DNA of 63,166 bases, filler included, from Rhabdomonas costata (lineage: Eukaryota), in NCBI GenBank assembly GCA_019059605.1. It is 25 parts of 25 records of this genome, joined end to end, with 100 filler letters (N's around TTAATTAATTAA, not from the genome) between each part and the next. Parts side by side here need not be neighbours in the genome. Positions count along the whole stretch, not along the records: positions 25,316 to 27,744 come from JAHMHO010003445.1; positions 27,845 to 30,272 come from JAHMHO010003446.1; positions 30,373 to 32,802 come from JAHMHO010003447.1; positions 32,903 to 35,360 come from JAHMHO010003448.1; positions 35,461 to 37,890 come from JAHMHO010003449.1; positions 37,991 to 40,419 come from JAHMHO010003450.1; 19 more parts are not named here. One strand, written 5' to 3'. Both the position numbers and the translations under genes were made by a program. Shown here piece after piece: positions 25,735 through 38,576 of this stretch. Below the pieces are notes generated by a model, which did not search any database, had not been told where the DNA came from, and worked only from the letters and a program-made list of their open reading frames with translations. Position 1 is the stretch's first letter. Every line of letters begins with the position of its first letter.

Positions 25735-27215
25735 CTCGTTGACGGTGTAGAACCAGGGGTTGCGGACGTTCATCCCAAAAAGCCCCCCGACGATGTTGTA
25801 TGGGGCAAGGATAAGGGTGGCCATGGTCAGCTTGCGCATGATATCATTGGTGCGGTTGGCAATATCCGCCGCAGCAACGCTCACCCGGGCTAGGTAGTTG
25901 CTGTTGGCCTGGTTCAGCTATGAGACAGCACGAGGTCATACTCACAATATACCACGTCACCCACACTCACACGTCATCACGTCACCACGGGGTTCTCTCT
26001 GCACTTCGAAAGACCTAATTGAAATAACCGCTGCGGCCGGGTTATTTTCGATGGCACTGGAGAGGATTCTGCAGAAGCGAGTGTTCATCTCATCAACAGA
26101 CCACAAACGCAAGCAACTCGAAGCGAATTTGTTTTTCGCAAGTTTTTGGGCGGAGGTTTTTTGGGAGGAATGGTGTGCAGAGATCTGTTCCACAAAATAA
26201 AACGGGACTCGTTTCCATTGTTGCCACCAACAACAGTGTTTCGCTGTGGAGGATCAAGGGCCATAAGGAAGACACACCTAGGGGTACAACACAAAAAATT
26301 CCTTTCACTTTATCAATGAGGTCCGTTCCAGTATCCCCATAAGAAAAAGAGACATTCAGCTCAGAAAATCTTTGCCTTTTAAAGGCAACTAGTCAACGTC
26401 CCTCCCCCACCCCTCCCAACAAAATAACCACCCAAAGTGCAATGCCCACCAAATCGAAGGCCGCATCCACTCGCTGGCTGCACCACGACAGGTGCGAGCT
26501 GACGTCCTGCAGCAGTCTTCGGACAGGAAGAGGGACAATTCCTGCGCTGCGCCGGGATATTAAGTCAAGCAGAATTCTCTCCTTAGACTGAATCTGAGAA
26601 ATGGCGGAACGCATGAAGATGTCACAATGAAGACCGCGCAGTCATATTGGAAAAGGCAAAAGCCACACTCGAACGGTATGGTACTCATGTCAGGTGTTCA
26701 GCATCAAAAGGCAAAGCGGATGATTACAGACACGGAGAGAGAGAGAGTGAGAGAGAGAGAGAGACAGAAACAGCCTGGAGAACTGAAAAGCTGACAGCAA
26801 AAAAGTTGTTTCGTGCAACCTGCAGAATGTCCTCACCAGACAAATGCCCAAATAAAAACAGAAAAGATCGCCTTTCCAACACCTTTTCTCCAACGTGTCG
26901 CGGCATCCACTGACCGCAACCAATCGCGTGCGTCGGCGGGTGGGAGGAGGACAGGACCTGTTGACGGACTTTCATTGCGTGGACCCTGGCGTTCGATGTA
27001 CGCCGGAGCACGTCCTGCTCCTCAGCCGCACTGACCAGAAACACCAACTCATCGACAGCAGCGGACTCGCACGACAGCCACTCCGAAGACCCCATCAGCG
27101 CATCCACGTCAAGATCCAGGAAGGTGTACAACACCCACGCAGGCCCCAGCAAAGCCTTCGACAGAGCGGTGAGCCCATGCCTGGAATGGCGCAAGGGCGA
27201 CGACATCGTGCGCGC
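25735..27215 (-). CDS. CorA/ALR-family Mg2+ transporter, partial, at least 3 exons
   Basis: LNQANSNYLARVSV..NDIMRKLT..ILAPYNIVGGLFGMNVRNPW carries the GMN signature. Upstream helical exons include WVLYTFLDLDVD. Confidence 0.9.
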
Positions 27216-28682
27216 TTCGCAGATTTCCAGTGTCATTAAGTGCAAATCAAGGGGTATCTCATCATTGTTCTGGGTCCAATTCAGTTATTGCACCGTGGTT
27301 AACAGCAAAGAGAGACCGTCGGGCACAAGGCTGGCAACATGTCCTTTTTTCGCCTTTCTCCTTGCTGCTCAAAGGTGACCTTGGCGCAGAAATCCGGTCT
27401 TGTTGTCGCCGCTTCCGCCAGTATCAGAGTCTTCGCCGAACCGGGGCTGACGTATTAACACCAAGCAGAAACGGACTCCGGGAAGGTTCGGTTAATGCCC
27501 ATGCCCTTTTTTCACTGAAACAGGCTGTCTTCGTTCTTTGAGTAACTTCGTATTTCGTATTGATCCTTAGTTCGATAGCACAACCCCGAGTCACGAAAGT
27601 TAGAATTAACACAAAAAACTTGAAGGAGGCGTGCAGGAGTGCCATTAAACACTAGACGGTGACAACAAAGCCGTTGACACCACCTGAGAACACGAGTAAA
27701 CGCGTAAACGTATGGTTCGTACTAACGTAAACGCATGGTTCACGNNNNNNNNNNNNNNNNNNNNNNNNNNNNNNNNNNNNNNNNNNNNTTAATTAATTAA
27801 NNNNNNNNNNNNNNNNNNNNNNNNNNNNNNNNNNNNNNNNNNNNGTGGTGGGTGTGTTTGGGTGTGGGGGGGTAGCACCACGCGCTCCTCCGCTTCCATG
27901 GCACAGGCCACGGTGTCCACAGCCTGACGGACAAGAGGGATGGAGTTGATGACAGGAGCTGGGCAACAAAAAAAGTCGGAAAGGCCTTGCAGAAGTAGAA
28001 AAGCATATAAGAGAACGGGTTGGGAAGAAAGCGCTGCGTGAGGGGATAAGATTTGTCAGGAATTCCTTAACCAAAACCAACAACAACCCGAACCCGCAGG
28101 GAAGAAAGGCCCGTGCGATACTAAGGGAGCGAGGAAGATGCAAGAGATCGAAGAGGAAGTAGATTTCAATGACCAGAGGTTGGCAAATGAAAGCTCTCGG
28201 TAAAAAAGTATACAAAGTGTTCAATGGGATTTGGGATCGTCGAGAATGAAGCCCCCGTTGGACGACGGTATAGGTCCGGTTAAGATCAAAAAAGATGGTA
28301 TCTGGGTGTGGGTCGGATACAGTGGGGTCGAGTTGAGTTCGGTTAAGTTAGGTATTCATGGCCTGCTCCATTTTTTCATCTGGGCTTGAGCTGAAGTTGA
28401 CAACAGAAGTCAGTCGTGTTTCTGTTGAGTTACTTTGTTACTTTGGATCGAGTTTGAGCCGTCACAGTTGCGGCAAAGCACGGGGCGAAGCGCAGAAGCG
28501 AACTCTTTGAGGGTGAACCCCCAAGTTCCAGGTTAGTGATATGGTTCGAATTGGGGAATGGGCGGATTAGTGGGCAGGCCGGTTCCGCGTCAGTTGAGTT
28601 ATGTCAGCTTTCAGACAGAGTTAGAGTTACTGGTGGTACTTCCCAATGAACAAAGAAGGAGCGCAGAAAAGCTGACATAACC

Positions 28683-30100
28683 TCTTTGGGAGTAAACTCC
28701 AGGCCCCGCTTCAGGGCAGCAGTGGTCAGGGTGGGGAGGATGTCACCGCACATGGGGTTGTCTTCATCCTGGCTAAGGTCCACCATGGACTCAACCTCGC
28801 GCGCCGCCAATGGGTACTCAAAGGGCCCCAGGTCCGTGAGGGCGTGCAGCGCCAGAGCCCGCAGCCACCGCCGCCAGCCTCGCCGCAGCCGACGACCACT
28901 GGGAAAGCACTGCCCGTCCTAAACACATACATACACAATACGTGCACATATCATTGCTGTGGTGAAGGTCTTTTCTGCCTTCAACGGGCTTTGGAATCTT
29001 CTCCTGCTGCCTGGCCGCTTGTCGGGGTGCGGGTCAACCCCCTGCTGCCGGGCGGAAGGTTCTTGGGAAAGCTCAACGGCGAGTTACACAGCGGTTCCAG
29101 GGTTCCTGCATCGCCCATCGCCCAGGTGAATCGGGTAGGCTCTCCTAAAACAGGACCTCAGGTCCCTGCGCTTTTTTCTGACCACGGATTGAACCAATGC
29201 GTGCCGTCCCTGGCGCTGTTCGCCGGTGGAACGGGACTTCGGAACCTGAATCCTGATCTGCTGCTACAACGGGACATTTTTGAATATTGATCTACGGCTC
29301 TAGTGCTCTACGGCCTTCACGCGCACACTCACATACCTACACGTTGTTTGGTCGAGTCAAAGGTTCATTTGGAGATTTTCCTCTAGATGGGTATTCTGAT
29401 AAACTCTGCCAAATCTACGGCAGCCGCTTCATGGGGGGAGCCGGTACTCGGGACACCTTTCCAGCTCCGACCCTTCACATCCCGAGCCATCGAACCCGCA
29501 CCCACCTCAGTTCATGAGTTCTCGGAGAAGGTTTACGCACTTTGGTCTGGATCGGCGAAGTTCCGTGCAAAAATTGCTTTGCACATATGTCACGCAATGA
29601 CCTGACCCTCGGGGATGTCCATAGATTCGTATTTACCCCCTAAATTTGCTTCGCAAAAAAAAAGAAGCAGAAAATTTCGTGCTTTTTTTTTTCGACGTTC
29701 AATAAATTCGTCAAAAATAAAGTGTCGTGTACGAGTCTGGGTACAGCTCAACGCCTGCGGCGGAATTCCAAAATATTACGGGCCCCAAGCTCACACTCCA
29801 CACCGTGGCATACGATGCAATTCCTTGACGATCGACCCATTGATTTCGCCCTTCACCCCTCCTGCAAAAAAACGTGGCCTCACCTTCTTCCGCGCCAGCT
29901 CCTCGGAGCGCTCCAGGACGACTTTTGACGTGCACCCATAAACCCGCCGGCCTCCCTCCGCGACCTCCAGCCGCTTCACGGCAAATCCAAACCCAATCTC
30001 GTCGCTGGTGGTGTCGGTGGCGGCCGTGCCTTCGGGGAGGTTGGTGCTGAGCCGCAGCAAGTGCAGCACGCTGAAGGCCAGGTCGTAATACAGGAAGGCC
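28683..30100 (-). CDS. Uncharacterised protein, two internal exons (about 30100-29884, 28918-28683)
   Basis: GC3-rich open exons join in frame through a GT-AG intron (..ELARKK|DGQCFP..FTPKE). Confidence 0.6.
28941..29335. repeat. Intronic dispersed repeat, homologous to 3958-4430
   Basis: Colinear similarity blocks as listed for 3958-4430. Confidence 0.8.
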
Positions 30101-30374
30101 TGCTGGAATACGAATAGCTGCTTGCACGGGGAGCCCTGCAAACATGAATTTCAGCATTCGTTGGGAAGTTTTTCTGTAAAAGAACTGCTACAACTACTCA
30201 CCACCATCACTCGCTCACTCACTACCATCTCTACTCAACGTATCAAAGAATTTGACAACCGCTACAACAACCNNNNNNNNNNNNNNNNNNNNNNNNNNNN
30301 NNNNNNNNNNNNNNNNTTAATTAATTAANNNNNNNNNNNNNNNNNNNNNNNNNNNNNNNNNNNNNNNNNNNNGG

Positions 30375-30648
30375 TGTGGAAGTTGGGGTCATGCTCCTTC
30401 AGCATCTCAATCGTGGCCTGCAAGACCACCATTCAACAGCCTCTTCATAGGGGGCACATGATTGGTAGCACCGCTTACTTTAACTCGAAGCTATTCCGTG
30501 TGTGACATCCTTCATGGTCCGCTTTGTGCCGCACCGAAGCCTGACACCGAAAGCATCCGCTTCCAGCTTGGTTAGTGCTTAGGCTGTTGAATGGTGGTCT
30601 TGCAGGCCACGATTGAGATGCTGAAGGAGCATGACCCCAACTTCCACA
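30375..30648. repeat. Perfect 68-bp inverted repeat at contig start (30375-30442 vs 30581-30648)
   Basis: Exact reverse complement spanning a NOC2 acceptor and exon start. Confidence 0.95.
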
Positions 30649-32765
30649 AGTACCTGGAGAAGCACGAGCCGGACATCCTGCAGTTCACGGAAGAAGGGGA
30701 CGTGGCCAACCACGACGACCTCATGGGGATGGGCGACGAGCCTGCAATGTCGGAGCCGGGAGAGGACCAGGAGGTGTTTTTGTGTTGACTCAGCAAAATG
30801 CGTTCCCCGTTTTTACCACTGCGGATTACCATGATGCTCAAACACGTGGCAAACTGTTGGGAAGGCTCAGGAAGTCAGGAAATGAGGTATTCCAGAACAG
30901 AGTACTTCTAGATTGTGGTAGAAGAAGAATGGCACAGTCCCCTTCTGAAGAGCAGACTCTTTTTTCGGGTCCTGCAAGTTATGATGACTAGGAGACAAAC
31001 GGGCGCGCTGGAATAGGAATGTCCCGAGGAAAGGGAAAGTGCAATCGCGAACGCCGCCGGTCCTCTTGGCCCTCACCCGCAAGATGTGTCCGTGTGAATG
31101 CTCCCAAGGAGTTTATGGGAAATTAAGACCGATGAGGACAGCACTGTCTTCATGTCCATTCCTCTTCTCTTGCTCAGGCTATTGACCGGGTGATTGGAAT
31201 GGAAGATGTCATGGGCAGCGAAGACGAAGCCGGGGAGGATGCATCAGAGCAGGTGGTACTAGTTGGTGGTCTGTTTTTGTGTATGGCCTATATAAGGACT
31301 TTGAAAGGCTTTGAAAGATGGGTTTTCGAGTTCATTCTCGGGTCAAAGCTTATACACGTACCATCGAAACTTCCTCTCTCTTTTCTTTCTGACTCATCAC
31401 TTTCGAAACATCCTGCCAATTATTGAAGTAGAAGAGGTCCAGCTCTGGTTGAGCTTGGGCTTTGACCCCAGAGACCAAACCCTTCATCCAGTCATCCAGG
31501 ATGTGATTGCAAGGATTGTGCACTTCCCATTTTCGGGGGTGACCTCTGAACACTGACAGTGATCGGGTGAGGTGGAGGACAAGTCAGGCTAGATCAATGA
31601 AAAGAAGACAGCCACCCCAGAAACTTGTACCTTCCTTCCTGGTCCTCATTTGTGTTGAGTGCATAGCGCACTTACTGATGCGGAGCTGCTGTCTCCACCG
31701 TCGAGTAATCCCCTGTCTTTTGCGCTGGTGAGCTGCGTCTTTGCCTGCTGTGTGGTGGCGGGAGTTGCGCGCGCACACACTCCATGTCATGTGTATGGAT
31801 GCGCGTCAGGACCAGGGGTTTACGTTGTCCAAACTGTCGCACTGCATCCGCTCCAAGAAGATCAGAGATCTGGTCTTGATGCTGCGCGAGGCAGTGAACT
31901 GCTATGAGGCACTCTCCACCTCTCCCACTAGTCCACCCCCCACCCTGTTTTTTTGTTTTTGCAGCTGCTGTGGCCGCATTCTGGATGGACAAAGAACAGA
32001 TGGGGTGAATTTATCGAAGATGCCAGCCATTGCCCCACCACTTTGTCATTCCTTTCATTTCCCTTTTCATACCAGTCTCTGGCCGCACTCGCAGCATTTA
32101 TTACAAGAAGAGGGCTGGTCAAATGGAAACTGCCTTGGTTATTTTGAAGCAATTTTCTACTGATTTGCCAAGATATCGTGGCTGGGGCCTGATTTTTGCG
32201 GTTCCAGGGGGTTTGTATGACTCCAAGCCCTCCCCAACTTCCCTTCTCCTACAAACTTTTAGAAGAGTCACGACCCCACCGACCGGGTGCAGCCCGGGCC
32301 GGAGTCCCAGGCTGTCATTCTGGAGGTCCTTCAGCACAGCGCCCGTCTGTTGGACTACCACATCCAAAGGTATGGGGAGATGGACGGGCCTGAGTTGATT
32401 TCAAAGAGCCTTACTTAAAATGGCAGATGCATGCGCTGCTTTTCTTTTGTGCAGCAACCCGGTGCCATCCGCTTGTTACTTTTGAGATAAATCGTGGCGG
32501 TGGTAAAATCTGGCCCTGTTCTTTCTCCCTTTCAAATTCCCACTCAGAATTCTTCGGTGGTTTCACAGATGCTCACTTCCGTTCCTGTCTGTTTCCTTTG
32601 GTTGCTGCTCAGGAAGGCGCCCATGCTGGGACCGCCCCCTCTGCCGCACAAGTGCCCGCTGTACCCCAAGATCAAGGACCTGACCTACCTCCTCACCCGG
32701 CAAGCCCTGCGTGCTTTGAAGCTCTTCCCCGAGCATGAAGTGACCACCATCATTTTGAGCCATAT
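30606..32765 (+). CDS. NOC2: Nucleolar complex protein 2, N-terminal exons
   Basis: IEMLKEHDPNFHKYLEKHEPDILQF matches the NOC2 'L.E.DPEFYKYL..D..LL.F' motif. An acidic linker and in-frame exons follow (..RLLDYHI..). Confidence 0.8.
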
Positions 32766-33066
32766 GTGTGTCCCCTCCTTCAATCCTCATCCCCCCCCAA
32801 AANNNNNNNNNNNNNNNNNNNNNNNNNNNNNNNNNNNNNNNNNNNNTTAATTAATTAANNNNNNNNNNNNNNNNNNNNNNNNNNNNNNNNNNNNNNNNNN
32901 NNTGTGGTGAACGCACGGTTGCCCCACCGTGGCCCTTTTTCACATGGTCTGTTTGAAAGTGATGCTCTGCGCCCCGCCCCGTGGCCTTGGGGTGAAGTGG
33001 CCCGTTTGCCGAGTCAATCACCGCCAAGCACCCCCGCCGCACCCAGGCCGATACACACGTGCGCTT

Positions 33067-33068
<2 letters not shown>

Positions 33069-33114
<46 letters not shown>
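33069..33114 (+). repeat. (CA)n microsatellite (others at 1171, 9396, 25666)
   Basis: Direct reading of the sequence. Confidence 0.95.
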
Positions 33115-33116
<2 letters not shown>

Positions 33117-33245
33117 CCGTTGCGTGCCTTTGTGTGCGGAAATACCTTTGTCCTTTCGTTGTGCTTGTCCGCATTTCATCCTTTCACGTAGGGTGCCCGG
33201 CGTAGCGTTCCGTGTGCCGGATTGCGGATTGCGGATTGCGCGCGC

Positions 33246-34883
33246 CTTGCCGCGCGCCCCAAGTCGGCGTAGCCGGTAATTCAGAGCGGTTTGGCACCGA
33301 CACAGGATGGTATTCGCGTTTTTTGGCGCGTCACACAAGTATCTCGTGAGGATCATCTATCCCATCGAAGACTCTATTATGGATACGCCAGTATGTGGTG
33401 TTGATCAAAGCGTTCTGGGCACCTACAGCGTGAATACTTTCATAAGTATTGCCCACGCAGACGTTGTGCTCGATAAATGACTTCTGCACCATGTACACGT
33501 TCTTCAGGTTGATAATTGACAGTAAATAGAAGCCGTCGATAAGTCTTTGGACTTCTTCACCCAGCGGGACTCTGGGATGACTGAATACGCATATTTTCAA
33601 CACGGCATGCTACTCTCGACAAGACTCCCGAATACCCCTCCCTTGCGGTTTGCCATTAGATCGACTATATACTCTGCAGGCGTGCTGCTTACATTGCGAG
33701 ACGACCATGGCATGGAGTACAGTGAGTGAAGTTGTTCAGTTGTGTATCTCTGGGTTCGATGACAAGGTTAGGGATGATAGCAAAATGGTCCTCCACAGTG
33801 CATGATCTGAAATTTTCATACCATCACCACATCGAGCGCTACCCCGCCCCACGAGAACAACTTGGCGGAGTCATTATGGGGCGTCTGCTGCATTTCCTGG
33901 AGACCATCAGCCATGTGGAGGACTTCAAGGAATCCGTGGCTACTGTCTTCCGTCTGGCGGGTGTATCCAAAGCAAATGGACGAGAAAGTCTGGCGGAGCT
34001 TCCTCTTCCAGATGTGGCACGCCGTCTACATCCGCGTGAAGGGGCTTCGGATATTGTTCCACAAGGTCTGTGGTTCCTTCACAGGACTGAAGGCAAACCA
34101 GGTCCCGAAAAAACCTGTTTCTTCAGGTCTTTGGGGTCACGCGCACCACACAATCACAGCAGACACCAGCAACGAGCTCCACAGTGGCCTGCTCATACAG
34201 CGGCAAACAGCAAGCAGAAGCAGAAGGAGAAGCAGCAGCCCACAGCCAACGGCAATACATTCAGCACAACCACCACGGCACGAACCACAGAGACCTGGAG
34301 TAAAAACAAAAGGTGGATTCGGAAACGGAAGCGTGCAAGAAACTGCAGTAATGAAGGTGGGTCGTGCCACCGAACGTCCCTCCTTTGTGGAAAGCGTGTA
34401 GGTGAGGAAGAACGGACCCAAATGACCATCGATCACATCGAGGCCACAACAAAGACCCATAAACAAGGACCCTTAGCCGCTATGGACTTCTCAGGCGGAG
34501 GTCTTTGAGACGCTGAGCGGTTGGTTGCGGTCCTGCTCCTTTGTATTTCCGCTTCGTTTCGGAAACCGGAGGCGGATTGCCTTATTCCTCCGAGTCAGCA
34601 ACAGAGAGACCAACCGGCAGCAAGCGTCTGAATGACCAGGAGGTCCTGCGGTGTGGTTGAAAACGCTTCGGGGGCAAGGGCGCGAGAAGAGCGGGCAACC
34701 CAACCGGGGTTCGCGGGGAAAACCTCTCGTGCGCCACTTGGGTCGTCCGGGGTCCCAAAAGGCACGCGCCAAAAAACGCGAAGACCATCCTGTGTCGGTG
34801 CCAAACCGCGCCGCGCCAAACCGCGCCAAACCGCGCCAAACCGCTCTGAATTACCGGCTACGCTGACTTGTGGCGCGCAGCAA
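33246..34883 (+). mobile_element. Degenerate Penelope-like retroelement RT flanked by inverted repeats of about 85 bp
   Basis: DFCTMYT resembles PLE DFSTLYT. IERYP..GVIMGRLLHFLETISHVEDFKESV..YPKQM..WRSF resembles the PLE RT thumb. Arms at 33246-33331 and 34764-34883 are reverse complements. Confidence 0.65.
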
Positions 34884-35524
34884 AGAAGTAACGATGTGCG
34901 ATGTACACCGTTGCAAGTGCGCGTCCACAGTAAACAAGAGTGTGGAGGATAGAAAGAGTTCCGTATCCTCCTTTCCGCTAGTAGCAAAATGGAACAAAGC
35001 GCAGCACGGCAAGGCACGGCACAATAACAGGGAACGGCGTCCAGATAATTCTTGAGGTTATATCATCCCGTCGGTGTTGAGCGCGACCAGGGATCCGCCT
35101 TGTTAACCGGACCTCGAACCCAGCGCACCGTGACCTCGATGCCGGAGAGGGTCTGTAGGATGGCCGCAGAAAGTAGTATCTGCGCTTGGTGCCTGGTAGG
35201 AGGCAGTCGCAGCCCAGAAAACCATCCCACGCTGGCGCTGCTATCCGTCAGCAGCAAGAGATGCGTCCGCGATGCAGCAGCGCATGCAACCGCTAAGGTC
35301 ACGCCGTACAGTTCCGCCGTCTGTTGGGCGTCATGAGCGCGGGCGTAGCTTTCCAGGAGTNNNNNNNNNNNNNNNNNNNNNNNNNNNNNNNNNNNNNNNN
35401 NNNNTTAATTAATTAANNNNNNNNNNNNNNNNNNNNNNNNNNNNNNNNNNNNNNNNNNNNGGTGTTGGGTGGGCGCGAAAATGGAGACACTTGGCGGAAG
35501 TGACAAGGGTGTGGAGGCAGAAAC

Positions 35525-37832
35525 CAGCTGCAGTGGTGTGAAGACACACAGATCCAGAAGGGATTTCGGGAAGCAGGAAGGACTCCTTCGGCACAGGGCC
35601 TGCCGTAGACGGTGGCCTCATTGTACCGAAGGACTGCAAATGGAACCGAGGCTGCTTTCCAACAATCCAGTCCAGGGCGAGGATGCCGATCTTGACGAAC
35701 TTTGCCCAGATTGGGATACCCCGGGTTAATCCGGGAGCGCAGCCGAACTACGTGAGCACGACCCTCTCCCAGTAGCTGCAGGCCTTCGTTCAAGATCCCT
35801 GAGGTGACCGAGAAGGCCTCCGTGAGCACAAAATCCTTCTCCACGAAGAGAATATATGGCTGCGCACTGCTCTTCACGAGAATTTGCAAGGCAGGACCGA
35901 CAGTAACTCGCAGTCCAAAACTCACAAGTCGAAAGCCATACCGTTGGAGCATGGCACCCACCTGAATCGCAAAGAGAATATGGATTTTATCATGCTACGC
36001 AGCAGCGAGTTTTAGCAACCACGACCTGTTTTGTTCAATGTGGGAGTGCTCACAGGTGAAATAGCTCAATGTCTACAGTTCAACGTTCAATTCAACTCAG
36101 TTCAATATTCAATGTCACGAGTGTAGCAAAAATTCTGAAGGTTCAATCCAGCGCAAGGTCAAATTTCAGACTTTTGGAACCTTTCGCCCGTGAACAGAAA
36201 AGAGATTTTGTAGTTTTTTCGGAACCGAAATACCAGCAGATCCTCTCAGCAAATGCCGGTGGTAGGTGAGAGTTACAGTGGGTTGACGCCTTTCGCACGC
36301 CAATCGTGCGACGTCCCAAAGCGAGCTCTAAAAAAAGAAGCCCCATGAAATGAAATGACATGATATGACATGACATGACATGACATGAAAAATAGTGGAT
36401 CACAAAAAGTGCATCAACTGGAATCCCTCCAATTCTCCATTCTTGAGGGCACACAGCAACACCACCTTCTGCTGTACCCCAGGAAACCTTCCATTTATAC
36501 TGTAGTTGTAAAAAAAAAGAGAATGTTTAATTTATACTGTATTTTGTGACAAACTCTATCAAAGAAAATCTCGGATTCGCACACCACCCCGAAATCACCA
36601 CAAAGCTTCAAGTTATGTTATGTTAATTTATGTTTTGATTCAACGAAAATCTTGTTCCTTGAACCATTATTGATTTATTGGGTCTTCCTTCCTCGCAGCA
36701 ACTGTCTTGGAGGTTGCGGGTCTCTCCAGGACGCTTTCGGGGATCAGGCGGGATGTACGCTCGGCACAACCTTCTGCGAGACTCTCCGGCGGCGGAATTT
36801 AACCCTAACCAAGCTTGAGGATCACTTTCCTGATGGTCGCTTCTCAGTCTGACCTCCTGCTGAGCCGTCCTAGGCAGCCCCTGAGTACGTTGACGTGTCT
36901 GTGGTGCACCCTCTGCACCATTCTGCTTCTGCAGCGGAGGCTTCACCCAGCACGGCAGCAGCGCAGCAAGAGGCCTCGAAGCTCAACTCCGTGGGTGCCC
37001 GGGAGTGCGGCAAGAAGTACATGAGGTTTATCCCAGTAGCCGCATGGGGCTGCAAAACGCAGCGGTGTATTCGTAGGCTGGCCCGCAAGCAGAGCATGAG
37101 CCTGTCTCCAAGAGGCTGTGGAAGCGCCTTGGGCACGGTGGACGGTGCGAATGCTCCTTCGGGGCTTCACAGATCAGTGAGTGAAGTAGCTTAAGGGTCA
37201 CTGGAGAATTTCCCCTGGTTGTTGAACTTATCGTCCCATTGCTCTTGGCCTCTTTGATGCTTTGATACTCTTCTCTTTGTGGGCAGTTTCTTGTGTTGCG
37301 AGTTCTCAGCCTTTTGCCATCCACACTACTGGTTTCTTCTTGGTTTGGTGTGAGCCCTGCTGCTGCAAGAACCTTTGAGCCGCAGTGCTGCGACTTTGTT
37401 TTCTCCAAAAAAAAACTGAACCATTATACGACCTGAAGTATAATTATTACCCTTAGGGTTGATTCTCAAGCGTTTGCTATTTATTGTGAGCAGTCAAAGG
37501 CATAAAATGGCTGATCAACACCTTCAACACGCGAACAAAAAGACAACTATGTCTAAGTCAAACATGAAAACCTTCTGCCCGACAGTATTGCTTCGGTGCA
37601 CCAAAGCAAGTGCCTCGCTCACCATAGAAAGTAGTCCTTTTTCACACCAACTGAGCATTGCAGGTTGCAAAGCCTCCAAGTCGCTCGGCCCCGAAACCAC
37701 GGCTAAGGTGATTGGAAACCTTGGACCATTGACAAAACTCGTGTTGCCCAGCACAACATCAACAGAACAATTTGGAAAACCAAAAATTGCTTGCACCGCT
37801 GCGAAAAGCAACAGGCGACAAAATAGAGCCAT
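35525..37832 (-). CDS. Secreted/type II glycosyltransferase-like protein, exons 37832-37572 and 35961-35525
   Basis: Signal peptide, then YILFVEKDF (a GT-A DxD-like motif) and VVRLRSR..PG.PN. The GT-AG join is in frame. Confidence 0.6.
36680..37140 (+). mobile_element. 3' end of a non-LTR retrotransposon with CCHC finger and restriction-like endonuclease (CRE/NeSL/R2 group), degenerate, antisense in an intron
   Basis: CLGGCGSLQDAFGDQAGC, then VDVSVVHPL..AAAQQEASK..C..RFIPVAAWG..IRRLA, the typical RLE layout. Confidence 0.72.
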
Positions 37833-38576
37833 ATGATAAGATAAAAGGAACCTGTGAGTCAGAGTACACCCAGCAACTGAAAAAAACCCCNNNNNNNNNN
37901 NNNNNNNNNNNNNNNNNNNNNNNNNNNNNNNNNNTTAATTAATTAANNNNNNNNNNNNNNNNNNNNNNNNNNNNNNNNNNNNNNNNNNNNGGGGTTGGGT
38001 CCCAGTTTGTACCCGCTCTCTTTGATAATGCAGCCACGCATGCAGTGCGGGGTTCACGGCTGTACTTTAGCAGCTCCGCTTCGAGGCCGTTGACCTTTGG
38101 AACACGTTCCGTGTTCAGTTTGGCGACGGCGGATTTATTTTCTTCAATGATGGGGGTGGAAACAAGCATGAGCGCTCGTCCAGCTGTGCCACTAAGTTTT
38201 GAAGAACTAATAAAATCGAAACAGCGGTACTGTGAATTTCTCTCACAGTGCTATTAAATTTTTCTGTGTCCGGGCTGTTTTGGGCCGCCGAGCCCCAAGA
38301 TGCTCAGGTGCAGTCGAGTCACCGCGAGGGGTCTCGGAGGCGCCTCTTTCCAATAGATAATCTCTTTGGCCTCTCCCTTTTGGCCTGATGAAGTTTCAGA
38401 GTTCGAGGTAGCCCTCTCGATTTGGAACTTCCGTTTCTTCAGAGTTACTGCTTTTTTCCCGACTGCTTTACGCTTTCCTTGTATTCTGCTCCTGTGCGGT
38501 TCTTTTTGGAGCACGGAAAGAGACAGTTCCTCCCTTCTCCGCATCCTCTTGTCCCGGAAGTTAGAAGCCTGCCAAG

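Noticed and set aside
34622-34670. Hammerhead ribozyme in the PLE 3' region (ctgaatga...gaaa)
   Set aside because: The core has an extra base relative to CUGANGA and no stem I can be formed. At best it is a degenerate relic.
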